From NCBI GenBank assembly GCA_048885535.1, contig JBHLLO010000044.1:1-23558 (forward strand): 23,558 nt of DNA. The letters run 5' to 3'. Both the position numbers and the translations under genes were made by a program. The notes under the pieces are model-generated. The model saw only the letters and a list, made by a program, of their open reading frames with translations, had not been told where the DNA came from and searched no databases. The stretch's first letter is position 1, and every line of letters starts with the position of its first letter. The stretch comes from Candidatus Hermodarchaeota archaeon. GTDB lineage: Archaea; Asgardarchaeota; Lokiarchaeia; Sigyniarchaeales; SOKP01. Below, piece after piece: positions 1-9,202 of the stretch.

Positions 1-1101
1 GATTTAAGAATTGAAAGGATTGGTGATGTATTAACCCTTGATGGAATTGCACTTAGGTGTGTATCTGGGGATGCAGAGCAATTTAGATTAGCTGCTAGGA
101 AGTTAGTTGAAGGAACAAACCTTCCGGTTGTGTTATGTTCACTGAATCCTGATTTATTATTAGCAGCAGCAGGAGAGATAAAAGCTAATAAACCATTGTT
201 ATACGCTGCAACAAAAGATTCTTGGGAGAAGGTTGGCACCTTCGCGATACAAAATAATTTACCATTAGTAGCTGTTTCAAGTGATTTAGATGAATTAATG
301 TCACTAAGTGGGACATTGCAAAAATTAGGTGTTAAAGAACTAGTCCTAGATCCAGGTACTTTTTATGGTCCTGGAAAATTAGCATACACTTATGATAAAA
401 TAACGCAACTGAGAAAAGCAGCAATTGACAACGAAGATGGAGATGCTGGTTGGCCAGTAATGGGAGTACCAGCAGCATATTGGAGTCAGATTAAAGTTGA
501 AAGTGATAAAGACCTTTGGTTACATCAGTATCAAGAGGTTATTATGGGTGCAATTATGGAATCAATTGACACTTCCTTAATTGTATTACACACTGGTCAG
601 AAAAAGGAGGATATTTGGGCTTTATTAGCCCTAATGACCTTAAGACAGTCTGTTTTCAGTGATCCCCGCGTATATCCTGCAGTAGATCCAGGTTTATACA
701 AAATTGGAGAGCCTGGAGATATGTCACCTATTTTTGTTACTAGTAATTATAGGATGACCAAAATTCCTGTTGAACAAGACCTCCAGGGAGCAAATATTAG
801 TTGCTGGTTATTAGTAGCTGACACTGAAGGAATTGGAATTGAAAGTGCTGTTGCAGGTGGACAATTTAACGCCAGTGGTATAGCAGAAGCGGTAAAAGAA
901 TTTAAAGCTTTTGATAATGTAAATCATAGAATTTTGGTCATTCCTGGTATGGCTGCCAGATTAAGTGGAGCTTTAGAGGATGAAGCAAATGCTTATGTCG
1001 TCGTTGGTCCAAGAGATTCTAGTGGTATCCCAAAATTTATGGAAACTCAATGGAAACCAGAAGAATTTATGAAAGAATACGAGTCGTGGTCAAATGAATA
1101 G
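1..1101 (+). CDS. cdhE: Acetyl-CoA decarbonylase/synthase gamma subunit (corrinoid Fe-S protein large subunit), 5'-truncated by the window
   Basis: Frame 1 is open from base 1 (DLRIERIGDVLTLDGIALRCVSGD...). Motifs KPLLYAAT, LVLDPG, LRQSVFSDP, SPIFVTSNY, LLVADTEG, LVIPGMAARLSG and VGPRDSSGIP match CdhE/AcsC. Confidence 0.93.
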   Translation, partial: DLRIERIGDVLTLDGIALRCVSGDAEQFRLAARKLVEGTNLPVVLCSLNPDLLLAAAGEIKANKPLLYAATKDSWEKVGTFAIQNNLPLVAVSSDLDELMSLSGTLQKLGVKELVLDPGTFYGPGKLAYTYDKITQLRKAAIDNEDGDAGWPVMGVPAAYWSQIKVESDKDLWLHQYQEVIMGAIMESIDTSLIVLHTGQKKEDIWALLALMTLRQSVFSDPRVYPAVDPGLYKIGEPGDMSPIFVTSNYRMTKIPVEQDLQGANISCWLLVADTEGIGIESAVAGGQFNASGIAEAVKEFKAFDNVNHRILVIPGMAARLSGALEDEANAYVVVGPRDSSGIPKFMETQWKPEEFMKEYESWSNE

Positions 1102-1133
1102 ACAATTTTCTTTTTTTAAATCTTAATAATTAT

Positions 1134-1799
1134 TTATTCAAGGATAGCATAAATACTAGATAAATCTAAGTCATTGACACTATTTAAAGCTAGGAAAGGT
1201 CCGATTTTTAATTTTTTTAACTCATTTGGTTTATGATATCCCGTCAAAACGCCAATAAAAGGACAATTTAAGTTATTAGAGAGCAAAACATCCTTTGGAT
1301 GGTCCCCTATAACTATTATCTTATGATGAGGATATTTCTTTAATATAATTTCCTTTAATTTTAAATCTAACTTACCTAAAGCTTTTCTCTCTTCAGTTTC
1401 TCCTAAAATATAGTCGAAATGCTTACTTATTTTCAAAAATGCTACTAGTTTTTCTGCCATTTCCTGTTTTTTAGAAGTGATTATTCCTAAAGTAAAATGA
1501 TTGCTTTTAAAAAATTTCAACTTCTTTTTTACACCCGGAATAAGTGCTGATTGGTATATGCCTTTAGTTCCATAATATTCTCGAAAAGCAGTTGATAATA
1601 AATTTGGATCGAGATTAGTTATTTCAGCAAACATTTCATTCAGTGGAGTTCCAATCATCTTTTCAATCTTTATTTTCTCTACTTGGGGTTGACCATATCT
1701 CTTTAGTGCGTAATTAAATGAATTTACAATACCTTCCCTATTATTAATTAACGTATTATCTAAATCGAAGCTTAAAATAATATCAGTTTGAAAGTTCAT
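1134..1799 (-). CDS. HAD-superfamily hydrolase (phosphoglycolate phosphatase-like)
   Basis: Motif I FDLDNTL, motif II IITSK, motif IV IGDHPKD. Confidence 0.9.
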   Translation of the reverse strand: MNFQTDIILSFDLDNTLINNREGIVNSFNYALKRYGQPQVEKIKIEKMIGTPLNEMFAEITNLDPNLLSTAFREYYGTKGIYQSALIPGVKKKLKFFKSNHFTLGIITSKKQEMAEKLVAFLKISKHFDYILGETEERKALGKLDLKLKEIILKKYPHHKIIVIGDHPKDVLLSNNLNCPFIGVLTGYHKPNELKKLKIGPFLALNSVNDLDLSSIYAILE

Positions 1800-1811
1800 A
1801 TTAGGAAATAG

Positions 1812-3446
1812 TTATGCTGTAATTTTAAAACCTTTAAAAAGTCTCAATAGATAGTTTATTTCTTCGCTTCCTTGTATAATTTTTTGTATTCCATATGGGA
1901 ATTCTTGAAATTCAACTTCTTTTCCCTCGATTACCCAGTTAATGATCAATTCTACCATTTCTTTATATTTTTTAACAGTATATCCTTCAGATTCAATTTC
2001 TGAAAGTATTTTTCTTGCTTTCTCAATTTTTCCGTTTAAAACGGAAGATATTGCAGCTAAAATATAAGATTGTACAATATGAGAATAACCTATTTTCTTT
2101 AGATTAGCAGCTTTGTAATAATATTTATAGAGATTGTTTATCATTTCACTAAGTAAAAAATCTTTAGCTGTGTCAAGTTGTTGATAAAATTTAATGCTTT
2201 CTAAAATAAGAGTTGCTGCTGTATAGAATTCCTTATTTTTTAATCCTTCTTTCGCAATTATATTTAATCCTCTTACTATTTGGTTAAAAATACCGAATTT
2301 GTTAAATTCTAACCCTCCTTCGACGGCAATATCATATGCGTTTAAATAACTCTCAGTTGAAGCATTTACATCAGCAGTTTTCCAATAGTTATCACCTGCT
2401 TTGACATAGTGCTTATAAGCCATCTCAAGATTATTAAGTTCTTTGAAAGTAACCGCTGCATTAAAAAAATTGGTAGCAGCATCATCGGATTCTTCAATTC
2501 TTTCTAGATAGTTGCCAGCTAACACGAAACAAGATGCTGATTCGATTAGATTATTATTAATTTCTTGATAGCATAAAGCAGCTCCACGGTAATATCTCGC
2601 AATTTTTTGGAAATTATCTTTATTTTTCTCTAAGCTTTCTGCGAGGTTAATATAAGCTCCTGCTTCTTTTTTAGCATAGTTAATAAACTGAATCTCATCT
2701 TTTTTTAATTCATATAAACTTTTTAAAATTTGAGAAATCTGAGCTATAATAATATACTCATTCTTTTCTTCGACTTCTTTGAATAATAGGTTGATATATT
2801 CAATTGCTTCTGAGAGAGAATCTTTAGATTTATCAAATTCATCTAATTCCTTATAACAAGAAGAAGTTTGCTGATATGAGTATGATAATAAATCAAGATA
2901 TTGATATCCTTTTGAAATGTTTATAGTTAAATCATAATATTTGATTGCTCTTTTGAAATCTTTAATCTTGTAAAATAATTCAGCAATGTTCTGATAATTC
3001 TGAGCTAGCTTTCTACTTTCATCAAATTCTTTCAAAAGTTTACTTTCCTGCTTAAGAAAATTAATGCTATTAAGTATATTCTTCCTTTCTTGTTTTGTGT
3101 CATGTAATTTTTCAATGTAAATTTCTGCAATTCTTAGATAAATTTCAGCTATTTCATGGAGTTTCGCTTGAGATTTGTATGTAGTTATTTGGTTTTCCCA
3201 GAGTTTTATTGAGTATTTATACAATTTACTTGAATGGCTAGCGTTAAGATCCTCTAACAATTCCGCAGCTGTATATAAGAATTCTCCAGCTTCAAAATAA
3301 TCTCCAGACCCAACTATCTTATTTGCAAAATCAATTGAATCTTCAATCAGATGCTGAACTGTTTTGTCTCGTTCTTCTTGGTTTTTGAGAGATCCTACTC
3401 TTGCTATATGTTCTCTTAATTTTTCTAGGTAATCTCCATAATCAAT
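1812..3446 (-). CDS. Alpha-solenoid TPR / alpha-SNAP-like repeat protein; start proposed at ATT 3446 rather than TTG 3260
   Basis: Helical repeats such as ARYYRGAALCYQE, ASCFVLAGNYLE, ATNFFNAAVTFKE and YKHYVKAGDNYWK. The frame stays open upstream of 3260 to a TAG at 3468-3470 and encodes more repeat-like sequence (DYFEAGEFLYTAAELLE) with no ATG/GTG/TTG. The exact start is uncertain. Confidence 0.75.
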   Translation of the reverse strand: MDYGDYLEKLREHIARVGSLKNQEERDKTVQHLIEDSIDFANKIVGSGDYFEAGEFLYTAAELLEDLNASHSSKLYKYSIKLWENQITTYKSQAKLHEIAEIYLRIAEIYIEKLHDTKQERKNILNSINFLKQESKLLKEFDESRKLAQNYQNIAELFYKIKDFKRAIKYYDLTINISKGYQYLDLLSYSYQQTSSCYKELDEFDKSKDSLSEAIEYINLLFKEVEEKNEYIIIAQISQILKSLYELKKDEIQFINYAKKEAGAYINLAESLEKNKDNFQKIARYYRGAALCYQEINNNLIESASCFVLAGNYLERIEESDDAATNFFNAAVTFKELNNLEMAYKHYVKAGDNYWKTADVNASTESYLNAYDIAVEGGLEFNKFGIFNQIVRGLNIIAKEGLKNKEFYTAATLILESIKFYQQLDTAKDFLLSEMINNLYKYYYKAANLKKIGYSHIVQSYILAAISSVLNGKIEKARKILSEIESEGYTVKKYKEMVELIINWVIEGKEVEFQEFPYGIQKIIQGSEEINYLLRLFKGFKITA

Positions 3447-3728
3447 ATAACCATCTTCTTGAAGGATCTATAATCAACCCTTTAGTTTATGCCTAATTCT
3501 ATGTATAAGAATTAATATATACATAAAAAATACATGGTTTTTTAGAAAAGTTTTAAAATACTTTATTGAAATCCATTATTACTTATTAATCCTTAAATCT
3601 TAATTAACTTACATTTATGAGAATAAACACTTTTTATATTATGGAAATAGCTTTAAATATTAAAATAATCTTATTTATATTAATTAAAAACATATAATTG
3701 ATTAAATTAAAATTTAAGGTGTATTGAA

Positions 3729-3938
3729 ATAAAACAATTATCAGAGCTCCTTGAAACCGGCATTTATGAAACCTTTAAGCCAGAAAAGAGAACAACAGTA
3801 AGAGATCTTCTCAAAGAATTAAATCTGGAAGGAAAATACTTCGGAATTTTGGTGAATTCCAAGAAGGCAACTGAGGATACTGTTATACACGAAACTGATG
3901 AGGTTATTATACTTCCGCACATCGCTGGGGGGCGTTAA
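3729..3938 (+). CDS. Ubiquitin-like beta-grasp sulfur carrier (MoaD/ThiS/SAMP family) ending ...LPHIAGGR; missing from the ORF track
   Basis: Manual translation: (M)KQLSELLETGIYETFKPEKRTTVRDLLKELNLEGKYFGILVNSKKATEDTVIHETDEVIILPHIAGGR*. It has the TVxDLL, ILVN, DEVIILP and GG hallmarks. AGGTG SD at 3717-3721 lies 7 nt before ATA 3729 (alternative start ATT 3723). In-frame stop upstream at 3708-3710. Confidence 0.88.
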   Translation: MKQLSELLETGIYETFKPEKRTTVRDLLKELNLEGKYFGILVNSKKATEDTVIHETDEVIILPHIAGGR

Positions 3939-3997
3939 GTTTATTATCTTTTTTGTATCTAATTTTTCTTTTTAAAAAGAAGTAGACCTCAAATTGA

Positions 3998-4978
3998 TTA
4001 TTTAAGATTAATCCTTAAAAGATCATTTGCTAATAGAGTATTAGGAAAGATTTCTTGTGCGTCTTTTAATAATTGTTCTGCATCTTCTTGATATCGAGAG
4101 GAAATATGGGTTAAAATTAGTTGCTTTGCATTCATTTTAAGTGCCATGTTTGCAGCGTCAATAGAAGTTGAATGTTTTTTTTCTTTTGCGATATGATCTA
4201 ACTCCTTTGAAAAAGTAGCTTCATGTATCAAAATATCCGAGTCTTTACCTATACTTATTAATGAATCACAGGGAGCAGTATCTCCTGAATAAGTTATTTT
4301 TCTACCAGGTCGTTTAGAGCTAACAATTTTCTCTTCGTAAGGATCTATTTCTTTTCCTTTAAAACTTATAGTTTCACCTTCTTGTAGCTTTTTCCAGAGA
4401 TGACTTGCTGGAATTCCGAGTTCTTGTGCTCTTTCAGGATTAAATTTTCCACTCCGAGGTTTTTCAATAAAGGAATAAGCAAATGTAGGTACAGAATGTT
4501 CGACTAAAACATATTTTATCATATACCTCTTATTTTCAAAAATTGTATTATTCAGAATTTCAACTTCATTAGTAAAGGTTTCTGATTCTAAGCTACTAAA
4601 TTCGAATAACTTATTTTGAATATGATCGATTTCTAATATTTTAATTGGATAATCTGCTTTTAATCCTAGAATCTTTCTATGCAGATGTAAATATACGTAA
4701 AGGTTTCTGGGTCCAAAAATGTTAACTGGAGCTGTTCGTTCAATTAAGCCAAAACGGAATAGAAGTCCTGGAAGCCCTATGATGTGATCTCCATGAAAGT
4801 GAGAAATCAAAATCTTTAATGGTTTATTAAATTTAAGATGTGCTTCATTTATTCTTCGTTGAAGATCTTCACCACAATCAAATAAAATTAATTCATTTTT
4901 ATATTTAAGGGCTATTGAGGGTAAGTTCCTTTCTCTAATTGGAATAGCTGCAGCTGAACCTAAAATAATAAGTTCCAT
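3998..4978 (-). CDS. rnz: Ribonuclease Z (tRNA 3'-processing endonuclease)
   Basis: LFDCGE, SHFHGDH (HxHxDH), GP-type exosite arm (PRSGKFNPERAQELGIP), YSGDT, HEATF, HST and LTHISSRY. Confidence 0.96.
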   Translation of the reverse strand: MELIILGSAAAIPIRERNLPSIALKYKNELILFDCGEDLQRRINEAHLKFNKPLKILISHFHGDHIIGLPGLLFRFGLIERTAPVNIFGPRNLYVYLHLHRKILGLKADYPIKILEIDHIQNKLFEFSSLESETFTNEVEILNNTIFENKRYMIKYVLVEHSVPTFAYSFIEKPRSGKFNPERAQELGIPASHLWKKLQEGETISFKGKEIDPYEEKIVSSKRPGRKITYSGDTAPCDSLISIGKDSDILIHEATFSKELDHIAKEKKHSTSIDAANMALKMNAKQLILTHISSRYQEDAEQLLKDAQEIFPNTLLANDLLRINLK

Positions 4979-4979
4979 C

Positions 4980-6293
4980 TCACATACTTTTTCTTAGTTG
5001 GTCAATTTCTAGCCTTTGTTGTATGTTCTGCTTAGTGAGATCTTCAATTATAGTTTTTAATTCTTCAATTCTCAACAGCAGTTGAGGATTTTCTACTTGC
5101 TGCGTTTGAGTTTCATTTTGAGTTACAATACTAAGACGATCTACTTCGTTTATTAGTTCAGAAATTTTTTTATCTTTCAATCTTAATTGATTTTCAAGTT
5201 CTTCATAACTTCTTTTAATTCGAATGGCTTCATTTTTTATAGTAGCAACTTCTTCTTCTTTAGTTTTTAATGCTTTTTTTGCCTCATCTAACTGATGCTG
5301 TAAAAAACTGGCCATTTCTCTCTGTATTTTTAATTTGTCGTCAATATCACTTTGAGATACTGATTCTGGTGATAATTTCTGATTTCTAAGCGTTTTCATT
5401 TGTTCCTGAAGCATTGATATTTGAGTTTTAGATTTATTTAATTTATCTTTTAATTCTTCGACAACTTGTTTAAGTGTTAATTGTTCAGAAGAACCTTCAA
5501 TTACACCACTATCTTTTACTAACTTTGGGTGGTCTTTACTCTTTAATTTAGCTTTTAATCTGGCAATTTCGCTTTCATATTCTTTGACTTTTTTATCAAA
5601 TTTATCTTTATCTTTATACTTATCTAATTTTTTCTTTAACTCTTCATTTTGTCTCTTAATCTTATTTAAATTGTTTTGAAGATCTTTAACAAGCTCTTTA
5701 TCTATAGCACTTTTCGATTCTGATAGATTTTCTTTTACTTTTGTGTCTGCTTTCTTTTCTGTTTTTCCTAATTTTTGTTTTAATTCTAAAAGTTCAGACT
5801 TTAATGATTCGATTTCTTCAGTTTTGTCTCGTAAAATTTCACTTAAATCAACGCTATCTCCCTTTTGACTTTTTAATCTTCTTATAATAGATTCTTGTTT
5901 ATTTATTTTATTTTGAAGTTCTTTCACCAACATATTAAGAGGTGCTTTTTCTCTAAGTTCCTCAACTCGAATAATAGAAGAAGATTTTTCTAAGGTTTTT
6001 ATACTTTCAAGTTTCTGTTGAGCTTCAAGTTTATCTTTTCTTAAGAAGCCCATTTTGTCCTTTAATTCTCTTATTTCTCGATCTTTGGCATCTAATTCAA
6101 GTTGCAATTTTGATTCTTTAATTTTTTTACTTTTCTTTTTAGAGGGTTTTTCAGACATAAGTTCGTTTAACTTCATTATTTCTTCTTCGAGATATTCAAC
6201 TTTATCAATATACTTTCTGATTTCTTGGTCTTTTGCTTCTATTTCCTTCTTGAGTTCATCAATAATCTTGAATAACTCCTCTTCTTCTGTCAT
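4980..6293 (-). CDS. Long coiled-coil protein, function unknown
   Basis: 437 aa, K/E/L/Q-rich heptad pattern throughout, with no Walker A or transmembrane segment seen. Its stop is 1 nt from the rnz start. Confidence 0.8.
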   Translation of the reverse strand: MTEEEELFKIIDELKKEIEAKDQEIRKYIDKVEYLEEEIMKLNELMSEKPSKKKSKKIKESKLQLELDAKDREIRELKDKMGFLRKDKLEAQQKLESIKTLEKSSSIIRVEELREKAPLNMLVKELQNKINKQESIIRRLKSQKGDSVDLSEILRDKTEEIESLKSELLELKQKLGKTEKKADTKVKENLSESKSAIDKELVKDLQNNLNKIKRQNEELKKKLDKYKDKDKFDKKVKEYESEIARLKAKLKSKDHPKLVKDSGVIEGSSEQLTLKQVVEELKDKLNKSKTQISMLQEQMKTLRNQKLSPESVSQSDIDDKLKIQREMASFLQHQLDEAKKALKTKEEEVATIKNEAIRIKRSYEELENQLRLKDKKISELINEVDRLSIVTQNETQTQQVENPQLLLRIEELKTIIEDLTKQNIQQRLEIDQLRKSM

Positions 6294-6367
6294 AGCTAAT
6301 AATAATTATTATTTAGAAATTATTTCTATATAGATCATCTTGCAATATATATTTTAATCTTTTTCAT

Positions 6368-8281
6368 TCAATAGATTTCAAAATCTTTTATCGTAAAATT
6401 CTTCTTGATTTTTTTCATAATAGGAAATAAGCTTAAATAAGTTAGTAAGAGCAGTACAATGAATAATACTCCCATTAATATAAATGGAATTGAAATGTTA
6501 GGTAAATAAACTCTTTCAAAAAGGATAATTGAATTTAAGATCATACTTAATCCTAAACTTAGAATGATTGATGGAATTAACACATAAAGTGTTTCTAAAA
6601 ATAGTATCCTCTTAATAAAGCGAAACTTTGAACCAATTGCTCTCATAATTAAGAAATCCTTTGCTTTTTCAATAACTCCTCCTTTATTGTAATTATAAAG
6701 TGAAAGAGCGAAAATTATAGTCATAACAATTACTAAAGATAGAGGGTATAATGAAAGAGTAGTAATATAATCTAGATTTTGCTTAAAGATAACATTGAGA
6801 TCAATATATGTAAATTCAGATCCAAGACTATTGTTAATAATCGTTTCTAAATCCAAAATTAAAGTATCATAAGCCTGTTCTTTATACTCTAATAACACTA
6901 AGTTAAGTATTTGGTTTGGAAAATTTAATTCTTCTCTAAAAATTTCAATATCTATATAACCGCAATAACCACTATAAAAACAGTCTATGACAATACCAGA
7001 AATATGAAAAATATGGTTTAAATCTTCTATTAACATTCCTTGATTAAGAGCGTAATCAAAAAAATTATATGCCAAACCATCCCCTATAACCATATAATCA
7101 AAGGAATCATTTGCAGTGAAAAAACTACCTTCAATTTCAAAATTCTGAACTAGCCTTGTAGAATTTAAACCGACTATAGGAAAATTACCTGTTCTTTGCT
7201 GCCCTATAAGTTCATATCCTCCATCCTCATAATATATATATCCGTCTAGTTCTTCAACATTGGCAAAACCGATTAATCGCTCGTCAATTCTATTGATGCT
7301 AGTTAAATTGTATATCTCTTCTAGATCAGTTGAATTAAATAGATATTTATTGTCTAAAAAATCGATGTTACTCGATTCAACAAGAACATTGGGATTTGAG
7401 AACATATTGTACATCAACGTGTAATTATATAATACATGTTTATGGCCAATAACGATAATTTTATTACCCTGTGACTTATTGATCCATTCTCTTGCTGATG
7501 AACCTAGAACTGAAATTCCTAAAGTTAATGTTAATATAATTAGAGAAAGTGTTGAAAATACAATAAAATAACGTTTAAACTCACCCTTTCTTCTAATTGT
7601 ATTTAATAAAGATATTTTGAAATTGAACCCAATTCTCGACAACCATCTGGGAATAGTTGACAAGCGTTTTTTAGCATCATAATCATAAGGAATTTCTTTA
7701 GAAAAACTTTTAACAATTTTCTGATTACCAAACTTCCTTAATATATAACCAGGGACAACAAATATACCTAATAAACATGAAAAAAATAAAATTGGTAAGT
7801 AAAAGTAATCAATATGAAAATAGAATGAAGCACCAAAGGAAGTTAAGATTAAAGCAAAGATAGCAAAAGAAAATATTCCAACTAAAAAACCAATACCAAA
7901 TCCTAATAAAAAAATTATATACGTTTCAACTAAATAAAATCCATACAATTTTCTAGGAACAGAACCTAATGCTCTCATGATTCCAATATCTCGCTTTTTT
8001 GATATGATTAAGGTACAACTTATAATTATAACAAGGATGAGTGCTATTATCATCATTAAAATCACAATGAGCAAACTAAAATTAGTATAGATGAAACTAA
8101 TACCCCCTGAGAAGAAATAGGGATTATTAAATTCATAAACAATAAATATATTCAATCCAGTAGAGGTTGTAAAGTAAATTAGAAAAGTTGTTGTGGCTAT
8201 TATTAAAATTATCATGATTAAATATTGAAGGGAGATGTCTCTCTTTCGGTAAAAATCCTTTAGAGCAAAATCAACTGATAT
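6368..8281 (-). CDS. FtsX/MacB-like ABC transporter permease; start proposed at ATA 8281
   Basis: Two FtsX-type TM modules (KKRDIGIMRALG and KAKDFLIMRAIG). The frame extends upstream of ATG 8215 as (M)SVDFALKDFYRKRD, a typical FtsX amphipathic N-helix. GAGGTG SD at 8289-8294 lies 7 nt before the ATA. In-frame stop at 8285-8287. Confidence 0.88.
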   Translation of the reverse strand: MSVDFALKDFYRKRDISLQYLIMIILIIATTTFLIYFTTSTGLNIFIVYEFNNPYFFSGGISFIYTNFSLLIVILMMIIALILVIIISCTLIISKKRDIGIMRALGSVPRKLYGFYLVETYIIFLLGFGIGFLVGIFSFAIFALILTSFGASFYFHIDYFYLPILFFSCLLGIFVVPGYILRKFGNQKIVKSFSKEIPYDYDAKKRLSTIPRWLSRIGFNFKISLLNTIRRKGEFKRYFIVFSTLSLIILTLTLGISVLGSSAREWINKSQGNKIIVIGHKHVLYNYTLMYNMFSNPNVLVESSNIDFLDNKYLFNSTDLEEIYNLTSINRIDERLIGFANVEELDGYIYYEDGGYELIGQQRTGNFPIVGLNSTRLVQNFEIEGSFFTANDSFDYMVIGDGLAYNFFDYALNQGMLIEDLNHIFHISGIVIDCFYSGYCGYIDIEIFREELNFPNQILNLVLLEYKEQAYDTLILDLETIINNSLGSEFTYIDLNVIFKQNLDYITTLSLYPLSLVIVMTIIFALSLYNYNKGGVIEKAKDFLIMRAIGSKFRFIKRILFLETLYVLIPSIILSLGLSMILNSIILFERVYLPNISIPFILMGVLFIVLLLLTYLSLFPIMKKIKKNFTIKDFEIY

Positions 8282-8311
8282 AAACTAACACCTCATTATG
8301 AATTATGGAAT

Positions 8312-9070
8312 TTAACTGATACTCATATTTTCATTGATGATTTTTCCATCTTCAAAAATAATAATTCGATCGGAAAGTTCAATCAGATAATCGTCATGAG
8401 TAACTATTATAATGGTTTTTCCTGAATATTTCATGTCTTTAAAGAGATCTCTAATAAATAAACTTGTATTTTGATCCAAATTTGCAGTAGGTTCATCTGC
8501 TAAAATAATTGGAGGATCATTAGCTAGTGCCCGAGCTATAGCCACTCTCTGTTGTTCACCTGCAGAAAGCTGGAAAGGAAGATGTTCTCTCCTTTCTCCT
8601 AACCCTATTTTCTTTAGCAGAGCTACTGCTCTTTCTCTCTGTGCTTTAAGATTCATACCTGCTAGATTCATTGGAAACATCACGTTTTCCTCTGCTGTTA
8701 AAGTGCTAATAAGATTATAATTTTGGAAGATAAATCCCGAATTTATTAATCTAAAAAGAGCTAGACTTTCTTCTTCCATATCAGTGATATTTACACCACT
8801 GTTATAAATTGTCCCTGAATTTGGAGAATCAAGCCCACCAATTAAATTCAATAGGGTAGTTTTGCCAGCTCCCGAAGGTCCTTTAATAACTACTAAAGTT
8901 TTTTCTTCTATTTTTAGAGATACTCCATCAACTGCTCTAACGATAAAATCACCAATTTCATAATCTTTTATTAGATTTGAAGCATTAATGATAATGTTAT
9001 CATCATCTAATTTTAACTCTATTTCAGTTTCTTCAAATTTCTGATTATAAATCCCAGATTTTTTTTCCAT
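8312..9070 (-). CDS. ABC transporter ATP-binding protein (LolD/MacB/FtsE-like)
   Basis: Walker A GPSGAGKT, Q-loop FIFQ, signature LSAGEQQRVAIARAL, Walker B ILADEPT, H-loop VTHD. Confidence 0.95.
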   Translation of the reverse strand: MEKKSGIYNQKFEETEIELKLDDDNIIINASNLIKDYEIGDFIVRAVDGVSLKIEEKTLVVIKGPSGAGKTTLLNLIGGLDSPNSGTIYNSGVNITDMEEESLALFRLINSGFIFQNYNLISTLTAEENVMFPMNLAGMNLKAQRERAVALLKKIGLGERREHLPFQLSAGEQQRVAIARALANDPPIILADEPTANLDQNTSLFIRDLFKDMKYSGKTIIIVTHDDYLIELSDRIIIFEDGKIINENMSIS

Positions 9071-9090
9071 AATTATAAGTCTAACTCATG

Positions 9091-9097
9091 ATATAAA
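9091..9097 (-). promoter_or_regulatory. Putative TATA box for a probably leaderless ABC ATPase transcript
   Basis: TTTATAT on the minus strand ends 20 nt upstream of the ATG at 9070, and no SD is visible. Confidence 0.45.
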
Positions 9098-9191
9098 GCT
9101 ATTTTACTAATAATTCATAGCCATTTAAAAATATTAATTGAATAATTGTGAATTCTCTTCAATATTGCGAACGTTTTAAGCTTTAAATTTT

Positions 9192-9202
9192 AAAAAAGGA
9201 GA
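9192..9202 (-). terminator. Pyrimidine/oligo-T terminator after the candidate ncRNA
   Basis: The minus strand reads TCTCCTTTTTT immediately after the 3' strand of the terminal stem. Confidence 0.45.
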
